A program made the translations under genes and the position numbers. A DNA stretch of 64,000 nucleotides from NCBI RefSeq assembly GCF_032118995.1, contig NC_092655.1, positions 14,525,223 to 14,589,222 on the forward strand, in the 5' to 3' direction. This DNA is from Asterias amurensis. Taxonomy: Eukaryota. Positions 12,431 through 23,182 of this stretch are shown in pieces; the first letter of the stretch is position 1; every line of letters begins with the position of its first letter. The notes beneath the pieces are model-generated. The model was not told the origin of the DNA. It did no database searches and saw only the letters and a list, made by a program, of their open reading frames with translations.

Positions 12431-12815
12431 TTAAAGGCAGTGGACACTATTGGTAATTAATCAAAATAATTATTAGCACAAAACCTTACTTGGTAAGAAG
12501 TAATGGGGAGAGATTGGTGGTATAAAACATTGTGAGAAACGGCACCCTCTGAAGTGCCATAGTTTTCGAGAAAGAAGTAATTTTCCATGAATTTGATTTC
12601 GAGACCTCAGATTTAGAATTTGAGGTCTCGAAATCAACCATCTAAATGCGCACATTTCGTGTGACAAGTGTGTTTTTTTCTTTCATTATTATCTCGCAAC
12701 TTCGACGACCAATTGAGCTCAAATTTTCACAGGTTTGTTATTTTATGCATATGTTGAGATACACAAAGTGAGAAGACTGGTCTTTGACAACTACCAATGT
12801 GTCCACTGTCTTTAA
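12431..12815. mobile_element. MITE family M1 copy
   Basis: ttaaaggcagtggacactattggtaatt ... ctaccaatgtgtccactgtctttaa, with the internal palindrome gatttcgagacctcagatttagaatttgaggtctcgaaatc. Confidence 0.75.
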
Positions 12816-13589
12816 TTGGTGGCATGCAGAAGCTTGATAATGGGGGTAAGGTGTGGTAGGGTTGGGATGAGGGTATCCAGTACACCCTTAATCAGCTGTA
12901 CCCCAATTTATAATTTTTTGAAATGTAGGTGAATTTATTTAAATGCCTGCTGGAAGCTGACTGCTGGAAAATGTCTTAGTGTTAAGATGGCCCAATTTCA
13001 TACAACTGTTTCAGCAGCAAATACTGCTTACCAATATTCTTTGCTAAGCAATGTCTTTGCTAAGCAAACCATTAGCGGGGCACCAGTTGCAACAATGTAA
13101 ACTTTATTGAATTTTGTCTGGTAGCCTACTGGTTTTGTATTTCTGTGCAAGTTTTTATGCTCACCAACAAATATGTTCCATTGGGGGAGAAACAAAATGA
13201 TAAACGATTTATTTGAAAATAAAAATAATTGATTTGTTTTTTTAGCAATTGCATGAGAAAGAATGTCTTTAGAATATTTAAAACAGTTAGACAAAAATTC
13301 AATATTTTGATATTTTCAAGGAAATTAACCACAACTGCGCTGGAGCGCCACCAAGCGACAAAGTTGATGGTGCATTACGTCGTCTGCACTACACACACGT
13401 CGTAAACACAATACATACGGCATAGCATTACATCATGTACACATTTAAACATAACTTAAAAAGTCAATCGATCGGGTGTGGTACGTGTTGCTGTTGTGTT
13501 GGTATCGGACCTGCGTTGTTTTCTCCACTTTTTACAGACTTAAACCAGTTAAATTTTAACTTAAAACTTCTTTGAAAACGTGGCGAGCA

Positions 13590-13645
13590 ATGGCTGGGGA
13601 ATTGTGAACATCGGTCCAGTAGAGTTTGTTCACGTTTTAGATGTG
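13590..13645 (+). CDS. MVP: MVP start-codon exon with an apparent 1-bp frameshift
   Basis: ATG at 13590 gives MAGEL and then a stop. The +2 frame gives GIVNIGPVEFVHVLDV followed by a GTGAGT donor at 13646, matching the MVP N-terminus (IIRIPPYHYIHVLDQ) and joining in phase to exon 2. Adding one G to the GGGG run at 13596-13599 restores MAGGIVNIGPVEFVHVLDV. A possible acceptor ttttacag at 13538-13545 suggests an upstream non-coding exon. Confidence 0.6.
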
Positions 13646-13739
13646 GTGAGTTCGTGTATTTTGAGAGAACTGTTGGTAGTTGCATGTTTTACACTCTAGT
13701 CTACATGTAGGTAGGATAGGATTTTAGGAATACAGTTGT

Positions 13740-13955
13740 CACTCAGATTTCGGTTTCGTCCGCTATCGTCTCCGGTTATGGGAGACGATAGCGGATGAAA
13801 CCGAAATCGTTCTAGGAGTAACTCAGACCATGCTCAGACCATGCTCAGACGGGGGCTGGTTACTCCTAGAACTTTTTCAGTTTCGTCCGGCTATCGTCTC
13901 CCGTTATTACGAGAGACGATAGCCGGACGATACCGAAATAGTTCTAGGAGTAGGG
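13740..13955. repeat. Compound foldback element (two perfect hairpins nested inside a larger inverted repeat) in MVP intron 1
   Basis: tttcggtttcgtccgctatcgtctccggttatgggagacgatagcggatgaaaccgaaa and tttcagtttcgtccggctatcgtctcccgttattacgagagacgatagccggacgataccgaaa are flanked by the inverted pair ctaggagtaac / gttactcctag. Confidence 0.7.
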
Positions 13956-14685
13956 GCTGGTCATCTCGCCACCTACAGCAAGCTCGCCACCAATAAAGTC
14001 CCCCTGCAAAAAAAAAAAAACGGCTTAGTTTTGGTTTACTGGCTCAATTTTGACCTCCTTGATGTAAGCACAGAATTCCCTGCTTCTGTAAAGTGCAAAA
14101 GGTACAAGCAGAGTCATGAAATTCAAATTGGGAACTATGAGGTTTGTTCTGCTACCGTCTTCACAAGGAGATGATAGCAGAATGAACATCATACTGTAGT
14201 TCTATGAGTAGACAGGATTACGATTACTCCTAGTAGAACTCTGACTATATGAGGTTGGTTCCGCTATTGGCTCCAAGAATAGTGGAGCAGGTAATGATTA
14301 TCAGACCTAAGACTAATAATAAAACACCTTTAGCGCCAAATCCATTACAAATGCCCCCAGGCGCTTTACCACATAAAGAAAAATCATAAAAAGGTCAAAA
14401 AAAAAGTAAACAAATAATAATAAAACACAGTTTTACAGTGCAGTCATTTGCTTGTTGTGTTGTATCATTGGAACTTCATCGATTTCAAACCATCTTGAAG
14501 TCAGCCAATTAAGCCTGATTTTGAAGAGTCACAGCCTTAAAAAAAACACAAAAAAAAACATTTCAAAGACCGGGGGAGGGGAAGGGCTTTGAGGGTAATT
14601 GTTGTGATAATCGTAACCTTCCATCCTCCTGATAGCCTAATGTTCCAAATTCTGTCTGTACTTCAGTTGACTTTATGTTGACTGT

Positions 14686-15072
14686 GGAAGTGTCGTGGCC
14701 GAGCGGTTCAAGAGCACCGAATTCAAACTCTGGTGTTTCTGATCAGCAGAGTGTGGGTTTGAATCCCCAGCCAGGACACTTGTGTCCTTAAGCAAGACAC
14801 TTAACAATTGCTTCGCCCTTCAGATGGGACGTAAAGCCATTGGTCCCATGTGTTGTGTAAACGCATGTAAAAGAACCCAGTGCACTTATCGTAAAGAGAA
14901 GGGGTTCGCCCAGGTGTTCCTGGCTGGATTGGCAGCATATTGCACCACAGCACCTTGTAAACCATTACATGGCCCTAAGGATTAGGTCTTATATCTCAAA
15001 CTTCGTCCCACTCCTTGTAGTAATAATACCTGGCGCTTTGTATCCTTTGGCAAAAGGCGCGTTATAAATAAG

Positions 15073-15105
<33 letters not shown>

Positions 15106-15108
15106 GTT
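14686..15108 (+). mobile_element. Full-length tRNA-derived SINE family A with an (ATT)n tail
   Basis: Head ggaagtgtcgtggccgagcggttcaagagcaccgaattcaaactctggtgtttctgatcagcagagtgtgggtttgaatcc. Body gacacttaacaattgcttcgcccttcagatgggacgtaaagcc...gcacttatcg.aaagagaaggggttcgcc. Tail (att)n at 15075-15108. About 10 more copies lie in the window. Confidence 0.75.
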
Positions 15109-15344
15109 TGTTTTCCTAACAATGACAGCACAATGTTTGTCTCTAGAGTTAACAGATGACTTGAGTTGCCATCCAAACAAGCAATTATTCAAATCCAGGT
15201 TCAAGGCCGTGTTTGCAATTTGGTGAATTCAACAACTGGGTTTGGGAGTGCATTATTTTGATGAGCAATGCCCAGTGAATAGATTCTTTGTCATGGAAAG
15301 TAGGGAAAAAGGAAGTACTATTATAGAAACGTGTACACAGGAAC

Positions 15345-15708
15345 CTTAAGTGAGAATTGTTGTCAAAGACCAGTCTTCTCACTTGGTGTATCTCAACATC
15401 AAACCTGTGAAAATTTGAGCTCAATTGGTTGTTGAAGTTGCGAGATAATAATGAAAGAAAAAAACAAAACCTTGTCACACAAAGTTGTGTGCGTTTAGAT
15501 GGTTGATTTCGAGACCTCAAGTTCTAAATCTGAGGTCTCATAATCAAATTTGTGGAAAATTACTGTTTCTCAAAAACTATGGCACTTCAGAGAGAACCGT
15601 TTCTCACAATGTTTTATACCATCAACCTCTCCCCATAACTCGTCACCAAGTAAGGTTTTATGCTGATAATTATTTTGAGTAATCACCAATAGTGTCCACT
15701 GCCTTTAA
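15345..15708. mobile_element. MITE family M1 copy (5' TIR degenerate)
   Basis: Internal core and 3' TIR aatcaccaatagtgtccactgcctttaa are conserved. Confidence 0.6.
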
Positions 15709-15737
15709 TTCTATCTCTTTCGAATAGGGGATCTTTT

Positions 15738-16020
15738 AAAGCCATTATACACTTTCGGAACAGAAAAAAAAATAAAAGTTCACAGATTTACAAATAACTA
15801 ACTCTCGATGTCGAGAATTACGGATTTATTTTAAACACATGTCATGACACGGCGAAACGAGCGGAAACAAGGGTGGGTTTTCCCGTTATTTTCTCCCGAC
15901 TTCGATGACCCGTTAAGCCTAAATTTTCACAGGGTTGTTATTTTACATTGTGATGTCCACGAAGTGTGGGCCTTTGAACAACACTGTTTACCGGAAGTGT
16001 CATATGGCTTTAGATTAGTT
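15738..16020 (-). mobile_element. MITE family M6 copy (reverse orientation)
   Basis: Reverse complement of the family seen at 24045-24375, 35195-35572 and 45818-46172 (TIR ttaaagccattggaccctttcggtaaacag). Shares the aaacctgtgaaaatttg.gct.aatcggtc core with M1. Confidence 0.5.
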
Positions 16021-16261
16021 TTTGGAACCATTTGATTGTTTTCAACTTTTATTATTGTAGATACGATAAAACTATCATGTGAACAATTTTCGTTCAAAGG
16101 GTGGTCACGCTTCTGAGATATTGCCGAAAAGTCCATGCAGGAAGAATAATCCGAAATACACAATGTAGGAGTACACAATCTGGGACATGTTCTGCGGTAA
16201 AACTGGGCATAAAACTTAAATGCCTTTTTTACAAACCACTTTACTTTGAAGTATACCTTCC

Positions 16262-17061
16262 CATGGAAGTGTCGTGGCCGAGCGGTTAAGAGCACCGAAT
16301 TCAAACTCTGGTGTTTCTGATCAGCACAGTGTGGGTTTGAATTCCCAGCCGTGACACTTGTGTCCTTAATAATAATAATAATAATAAGACTTGTAATGCG
16401 CACATATCCACCCTGCTGGGTGTTCAAGGCGCAGTAAACCAAAACAAAACAAAACAAAAACACAACACAAAGAAAAACAGACACAACAAAATTAGTCATT
16501 GAAAACCTGTGACATAAGATAAGTTTTGAGAAGAGACTTGAATTTTGCGGTACAAAGACAAGATCGAAGATTAAGTGGTAGAGAGTTCCAGATGCGTGGC
16601 GCGGCTACAGAAAAAGACCTGTCACCCCATGAGTGTCGAGACTTGGGTTCAATGAGGAGAAGCATGGAACTTGATCGAAGATTCCTTGATGGAGTGTAAA
16701 CTTGAAGCAGTTCAGAAATATAGTGGGGAGCCTTGCCATTTAGAGCTTTGTGGACAATGAGCATCAGCTTGAAGATGATTCGTTGAGAGACACTTAACCA
16801 TTGCTTCGTCCTTTGGATGGGACGTAAAGCCCATGTGTTGTGTAACGCATGTAAAAGAACCCAGTGCACTTATCGAAAGAGAAGGGGTTTGCCCCGGTGT
16901 TCCTGGCTGGATTGGCTGCGTAATGCGCCACAGCACCTTAGAAATAATTACATGGTGCTAAAGATTAGGTCTCATAATTCAAACTTCGTCCCACTCACCT
17001 TGCAGTAAAAATACCTGGCCCTTTGTATCCTTTGGGAAAAGGCGCGTTATAAACACGGTTA

Positions 17062-17097
<36 letters not shown>

Positions 17098-17100
17098 GTT
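16262..17100 (+). mobile_element. SINE family A copy interrupted by a ~400 bp nested insertion
   Basis: SINE-A head at 16262-16372, then an (aat)n run, then an unrelated insert at 16386-16790, then the SINE-A body resumes at about 16790-17060 with an (att)n tail at 17062-17098. The insert carries, on the minus strand, the recurring conserved ORF-like tail (...RIIFKLMLIVHKALNGKAPHYISELL...AAPRIWNSLPLNLR...FKSLLKTYL). Confidence 0.6.
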
Positions 17101-17220
17101 TAAAATGAGAATGATGTTTGTTCAATCATTATCATTGTTTGAATTCTGCCTCTTTTGAAGAGGAATTCTTAACATACAGCACTTAAATTTGTTTCTCTCT
17201 CTCAATAATATTTATTTCAG

Positions 17221-17354
17221 GGAACAAATATAACTCGTCTTGAGGTCGGGCCAAAGAGGCTGATGTTACAGAACAATGAGCAGTTGGTAGCCGGACCTAT
17301 ACCATGTGTTATTGTTCCTCCTGGTCACTACTGCCGCATCAAAGACCCAATGAG
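17221..17354 (+). CDS. MVP: MVP exon 2
   Basis: GTNITRLEVGPKRLMLQNNEQLVAGPIPCVIVPPGHYCRIKDPM against MVP [44 protein letters not shown]. Acceptor tttatttcag, donor GTAATA at 17355. Confidence 0.9.
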
Positions 17355-17394
17355 GTAATAACAACAGTAATAGTCGTTTCTTATAGCCTTTTAA

Positions 17395-17722
17395 ACACCT
17401 GAAGGGCGTCTCAAAGCGCTTCCACTTTATTACCCCTGGTCACTGGGCCTTAAGTCATTCCTTAAACCATCTCAGCTCCCTCGGGGAAAATACAGCCTGT
17501 GCTGCCAAATATGTAGCGCACTCAAGCTAATCAATCACATGAACCATCTCTGCCCTCGCAGGTCCCTATTTTACCCCTGGGTGGAGAAAAGCTTATAAAT
17601 GGTTATTAAGTGTCTTGCTAAAGGATACAAGCGTCACAACCTGGATTCAACCCACACTCTGCTGAACAGAAACACCAGAGCTTGAGTTCGGTGCTCTTAT
17701 CCACTCGGCCATGACACCCCAC
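17395..17722 (-). mobile_element. SINE family B copy (minus)
   Basis: gaagggcgtctcaaagcgcttcca...ccatctcagctccctcgggg...ctgctgaacagaaacaccagagcttgagttcggtgctcttatccactcggccatgacacccc. The tRNA-like head, in reverse complement, is at the right end. Confidence 0.65.
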
Positions 17723-18430
17723 ATACCCATCAGGTACATGTACATGTATGTATACATGTACTAATATAACTCATGCATCTTTGTCATGATTGATGGAATA
17801 TTAGGCCTACAAAAAAAAGGCCTCAACACCCACAGCATGTGCCATGGTGCCCTGTGCTTTTGCTGTGGTGCCCTCTGCAAGGTTCAAATACAAACTTACA
17901 TTCTTCCCATACAAGTGCCCCTTGTCAGAGAAAAATTGCTGTGCCCCTTCAGCAAAGCAAAGTCCAAGGCCTGAAATATGCGTGTCTTCCTATATTTTGC
18001 CAATTGGTACATGTATATTTACTGTTATGATGTTGGACAGGCATATAAACCCCTGTGTATGGAAATAATATGACATTGTGTAGTAGGCCCATTGATTTTT
18101 TGATAAAACAAGGCCCACACTCTCCGCGCAGGGAGTCTAGTTTATTTCGTTCGAAACTGTATATTTACTGTTTTGATGTTGGACAGGCATAAACCCCTGT
18201 GTATGGAAATAATATGACATTGTGTAGTAGGCCCATTGATTTTTTTTGACGCATAGTTCTCAGCATGTTGAATTCCAAAAATTTGTTTTCAAAACGATGG
18301 CTAAGAGGTGGAGTTGGATATGAGATGCACATCTGACAGTCAGAGAATGTCATTGCGCATTCTTTCCCAATTGCATATTTTGTCCTTTGAAAAAAATAAA
18401 AGGTAGTATTATAAGCAATGGCATACAACT

Positions 18431-18822
18431 TTAAAGGCAGTGGACACTATTGGTAATTACTCAAAATAAATATTGTCATAAAAACTTCCTTGTTAACTAG
18501 TAATGGGGACAGGTTGATAGTATAAAACATTGTGAGAAACAGCTCCCTCTGAAATGACAAAGTTTTCCAGAAAGAAGTAATTTTCCACGAATTTGATTTC
18601 GAGACCTCAGATTTGGAATTTGAGGTGTCAAAATCAAGCACACAACTTCGTGTGACCATTGTGCGACGGGGGTGTTTTTTTCTTTCATTAATATCTCGCA
18701 ACTTTGACGACTGATTGAGCTCAAATTTTCACAGGTTTGTTATTTCATGCATATTATGTTGTGATACACCAACTATGAAGACTTGTCTTTGACAATTACC
18801 AACAGTGTCCAGTGTCTTTAAA
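18431..18822. mobile_element. MITE family M1 copy
   Basis: tttaaaggcagtggacactattggtaattactc ... attaccaacagtgtccagtgtctttaaa, with TTAA flanks. Confidence 0.7.
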
Positions 18823-18964
18823 ACAGGGTGTCCAAAAGACACCAAGACACCCCTCTCTGGCTAACACTATGGTCAGAAAAAAAGTTCAGATATTTGTCTC
18901 TGACAAGATCAGGATCCATAAATTTGATTAATCCCAATCAATATTTTGTTTCTTTTTCCTACAG

Positions 18965-19028
18965 TAATTATGAAGCAGGTCAACAATGTCAGCTAAAGCA
19001 TGGCCACATTGACGTTCGCTTTCATCAG
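18965..19028 (+). CDS. MVP: MVP exon 3
   Basis: (S)NYEAGQQCQLKHGHIDVRFHQ against MVP [28 protein letters not shown] (shorter). Acceptor tttttcctacag, donor GTACAT at 19029. Phase consistent. Confidence 0.75.
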
Positions 19029-19536
19029 GTACATGTGGGAGTCTGTTGTGTTAATGCAGTTTTTTTTAAATCAAATTATTATAAAGCATTATTCTGACAC
19101 GTAAAACAAGTGTAAAAGATATATAGCGAGATGCATCACACCCATTGACACCCCTAAATAACAAAGCAACCAGCCAGTTATTTAGGATTGACAGTTACAA
19201 AGACAATTTCGAAATTACCAGAAAAACAGTATATTTTTTGATAAAAAACAATGTAGGTAAATATTGCATTTAGGATGTACACACATGTATAGAAGATTGT
19301 ATACATTTTGTTATAAGCACTGTATACTCGACGCTTTCCTTGGCCCTGCAAAAAAATTAAAATATATCCACAGACATACCACTTTGTGTTATCCCACAGA
19401 ACTTGTATCCGTTCACTTCCCAAGCGCTATGCTTTCCAGAGAATAATTATCTAGGGTTTTCCTCTCTTGTCTAAAACTGTCTCCGAAATGAAATGTTTCT
19501 CAAAATACTTTATACCATAAAATAAAGTGTAGTGGA

Positions 19537-19945
19537 AGTGTCAGGGCCGAGCGGTTAAGAGCACCGAATTCAAACTCTGGTGTTTCTGATCAGCAGAGTT
19601 TGGGTTTGAATTCCCAGCAAGCAAGACACATAACCATTGCTTCGTCCTTCAGATGGGACATTAAGCTGTTGGTCCCGTGTGTTGTGTAGCGCACATAAAA
19701 TAACCTAGTGCACTTATCGAAAAGAGAAGGGGTTCGCCCTGATATTCCTGGATGTGGCTGCTGTATGCGCCGTAGCACCTTGTAAACCCGTATCGGGTGC
19801 TACATAATTGGGTCTCAGAATCCATCACTACAGGTAATAACTTGTCTTTTTGGAAGTTTGTATATTATACTCAGCGCCTTGAGTACCTTGTTTGGTAGAT
19901 ACGTGCATTATATAAGACTTCAATATTATTATTATTATTATTTCT
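19537..19945 (+). mobile_element. SINE family A copy, ending 37 bp upstream of MVP exon 4
   Basis: ggaagtgtcagggccgagcggttaagagcaccgaattcaaactctggtgtttctgatcagcagag... through to an (att)n tail at 19921-19945. Confidence 0.7.
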
Positions 19946-19981
19946 TCAAATGTATCTTCTATTTAACTTGATCTAATCTAG

Positions 19982-20048
19982 GATCCATTTCCATTGTACC
20001 CTGGAGAGATACTGGAAGGTGTTGGAGCGCTACAGTCATCATCACAAG
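19982..20048 (+). CDS. MVP: MVP exon 4
   Basis: [22 protein letters not shown] against MVP [24 protein letters not shown]. Acceptor ctag at 19978-19981, donor GTAATT at 20049. Confidence 0.9.
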
Positions 20049-21454
20049 GTAATTCACCATTTCCTTCTTGCTAATCAGAGTGGTCATACGGTAACACTGT
20101 CATGTCACAACAACAGAACAAAGTGTCAACTATGACTGTTTCAGGCCTGACAATAACCCACAGCAATAGACCGATCCATTAGGCTCTGCCCCTGGCGCCA
20201 AGTCAGCAAGAACATGTGAGCCTCTCCAATGCCATTCTGCACAACTTTTTACCATGGTTTTGTATTTAATGTATTGCTCGCACTGTTGGAATGGATTGGT
20301 CGGGGCAGCGTTATCTGGTCACGGGCGGCTACAAGGGGTTAGGAGTAGTGTTTTTTTCCCCCAGCCTGTTGTTGTCTTGATGTCCTATTGTGACCGGTTG
20401 GCGTTGTTTTGGCTGGTGCATTGTTTTAGTGTGCAGGTCTTTTGTATTTTGTTGCTTTGTATTTCTAACTAAACTTATTTTGTAACTTAAATAGTTTTTG
20501 TATTGATTGTGTGTACTTGTAATTTGGCCAGTGGATGTCAAGTTTCTATGTTTTTAACGTGGACAATAAAATAACTCTATTCTATTCTATTCTAACTCTT
20601 TATACGTGCACGCATGTCAGACTTTATTTTGTCAGACTTTTGGTGGCGCAACGGGTTGTGATTAGTCAATTCGCAATGGTCTGTTGCCTTGGTGCCCTGT
20701 GCAAAGTTCCAATACACGTTTATGTTTTTGTCATAGAAATTTCCCTTACCATAGGGAAAATATTGTGGCCCTTTAAGAGTGAAGTTCAAGGCCTGCTGTA
20801 GTGCCTTATTGTTTTGATGGCTTTCTTTTGTTCTCCTAGCTTTAGAACACTTAAGCTTACTTGGGCTAAATTTATACAGATTTGTTTTTACGTCCTGCAA
20901 GGTTTTGGAAAAACGATTGCAAAAGTTTTCTCTGGAGACCGAAACATAGGCTTATGAAATTAGAAGGGTAAATATCCCTTTTCACACTGTATCTCTCATA
21001 TCCCGTGGAATACAGTTCTGGGATGGGGAGGCCCCTGGACTTTGTTGTACCCCATGATTAACCAGCTCACTTTCATACTTTATCCCTTCTTCACAGGGTT
21101 CCGACCGGTTGCACATTTCAAGAATACTCCAGGGTTTTACCGCTTACCCCTACTCCAGAGCAGGGGTGGTTATTCCCTGAGGTATGCCCATTTGCCAGGG
21201 CAGACCGGGGGTAGACCAGGGGTAAAGTGACCATCGTATGAAAAGGCTGGCCATCTTTCCCTGAGAGGGCAATGACACCTGAGTAGTGGGAAAGGGGTTA
21301 AAGGTTAAAGGGAGCATCTTTCATTATATTTCTTGGATAAGCTTTTCTCCTTGTTAGTTGGATATATGGAGTGATTTTGTTTGTAATTTCTAGAAACTAA
21401 CAAAAGTAATGGCTTGAATTGTATTTTGGGTTTTAAACTTTTACTTGTTTTTAG

Positions 21455-21612
21455 GGTACAGCAAGGCTATCCAGCCCCTGCCTGTGGTCAAACCTAATCA
21501 AGCCATTCGTCTGAAAGCTGTCCTTGACCATGAAGCTGATGGGGTTGAGAGACTAGCCGGTGACCTCTGGCAGCTTGAGGGACCTTTGACCTATCACCCC
21601 ACTTCATATTCT
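21455..21612 (+). CDS. MVP: MVP exon 5
   Basis: (G)YSKAIQPLPVVKPNQAIRLKAVLDHEADGVERLAGDLWQLEGPLTYHPTSYS against MVP [35 protein letters not shown]. Acceptor tttttag at 21451-21454, donor GTAAGT at 21613. Confidence 0.9.
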
Positions 21613-22166
21613 GTAAGTAACCCAGAAGCAATTGGGGCCAAATTCATGAAAATGCTTATTGCAGAAGTCTTGTGGACTTATTTACCTCCATGCTTATACA
21701 CAGCGCCTATGGACCTTATAAGCACACAGTTCTGTGGTAAGCAGTGCCGTAAAGCCATTTCGAGATATGGTAGACACATGACCAGGTCCCAATTTCATTA
21801 AGCTGTTTACCCGTAAGCAAATTTTTGTGCTCATTAACCCGTAAACCTGTTCTGTGTACTTTTTACATGTATGTTGGAAGGGATCATCAAACATTTAAAT
21901 CCATGAGTATCTGAGACTAGTTTTTTTTTCTTTTTTCTCTCCATTCTTTTCAAATTTTAATTTGTTATTTCTCATGAATTTACAGAACAAAACTCGAAAA
22001 ATAGAATTGGCTGGTGCAAACTTCTACCATTCTAACCAACCAAAGTGACAGAGGGAGCGTAAGCATACAGAAAGAAGGGGACAAATACTTGGGCCACAAT
22101 GTATATCTTTTGTGAAGGAATTGCTTAAAAAATTGTGAATGCAATAAATTTGTTTTTTTTTTACAG

Positions 22167-22258
22167 AAAATAGTGGCATGGATTGAGCCTAAAGTGATAG
22201 GTCAAGGAGAAGCGCTACATTTGAGAGCAAGCCAAGAATATACAGACAGAGAAGGAAT
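22167..22258 (+). CDS. MVP: MVP exon 6
   Basis: KIVAWIEPKVIGQGEALHLRASQEYTDREG against the MVP repeat ...IIRQNQALRLRARKECWDRDG. Acceptor ttttttttttacag, donor GTAAGT at 22259. Confidence 0.85.
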
Positions 22259-23182
22259 GTAAGTATTTGTTTGTGATGATCAAAGCTATGGATGTTGAGT
22301 TTTGGAAATAAAAGAACTGCCCTTTGATGGCAAAACACGCCTTATACATAAAAGTTTGGGTTTCATCTATCAGATCATTTCTGGATAAATTATGGGAGTT
22401 ATTTTATTTCATAGTTTCAAAGGCATACTTTGGATGTGAGTATAACATTTCCCATCTATTATATGATTTGAGGCATTGCATGATGAGGTATCAATATATA
22501 TTTTGGTTTGCTGGAACAAAATGTGTGTATCTACTTGCCAGGTAGAGTTCGTTCTTTAGAGAATTGTCTTTCTATATTCTACTACCGCTAAGTAGCGTTA
22601 TCGGATTGTTCGGGATTGTTCTCAGTTCTGAAAAGAATTGTTCTGCTACCTGGGTGGAAGGTATAGAACAGTTGCTGGGACTACTACTTTAACCTACAGG
22701 ATCGTTATTAACTGCACTACAGTGAGTTCTTAAATTGGTCTCAACGTTTCGACTAGCTTGCTCTAGTCATCGTCAGGAGACTGAAGAGATAAGAGAGATA
22801 AGATAAGAGAAGTGGGCCTATTTACCTTGGCTTTTTTTAACACTGGCATCATGTTTCTATAGCAAAACAGCGTATCTTGCCTTTCTCAAAATGTCATTTT
22901 TCAAAATGTTCATGCCGACAATAACAATTTAAGCATACACGAGAAAACACATATCGATGAATATAATAATGAAGGACCAATGCAATGTATAGAATTTGAA
23001 GATAATAACTACAAAAATTAACGTTATAGTCAACATGCAGGGAAAAAGTTTAAGCATAATGCTTTTGTATATTTCCCTGAACTATACTTGTGAGTATGAC
23101 CCATGTTTAAATCTCCCTTTGGGAGGAGTGTTGATTTTATGCTAATATATATTTTGAGTATTAACCAAATAAGTCCACCAGG

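Noticed and set aside
12473-12667. Recurring 60-80 aa ORFs from the ORF track (MCAFRWLISRPQ..., MSSIGRRSCEI..., MENYFFLENYATSEGAVSH...) at 12473, 15485, 18497, 23318, 23385, 29403, 34493, 34617, 47983, 58485 and 62426
   Set aside because: All lie inside copies of the M1 MITE, on whichever strand the element happens to be. The similarity between them is DNA-level repeat identity, with frameshifts between copies. They are not genes.
10740-13545. Additional gene between IDH3B and MVP
   Set aside because: No exon-like conserved ORF is present. The interval is AT-rich and occupied by a chimeric SINE-D, an M7 MITE and an M1 MITE. It is interpreted as IDH3B 3' UTR plus MVP promoter.
14686-14770. 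tRNA genes at the tRNA-like heads of the SINE-A, B, C and D copies (for example 14686-14770, 16262-16340, 37757-37835, 34222-34295)
   Set aside because: Each is followed by a family-specific body shared among dispersed copies. Several are truncated or rearranged, and the cloverleaf is degenerate. They are SINE heads, not functional tRNA genes. A covariance-model scan could confirm this.
20250-20600. Possible gene 3' end or retrotransposed transcript at 20250-20600 (AATAAA-like signal followed by a (tctat)n run)
   Set aside because: There is no coding similarity and no flanking target-site duplication that could be recognised. It most likely belongs to an uncharacterised repeat that also has a fragment at 4940-5170. 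Evidence is insufficient to call a feature.
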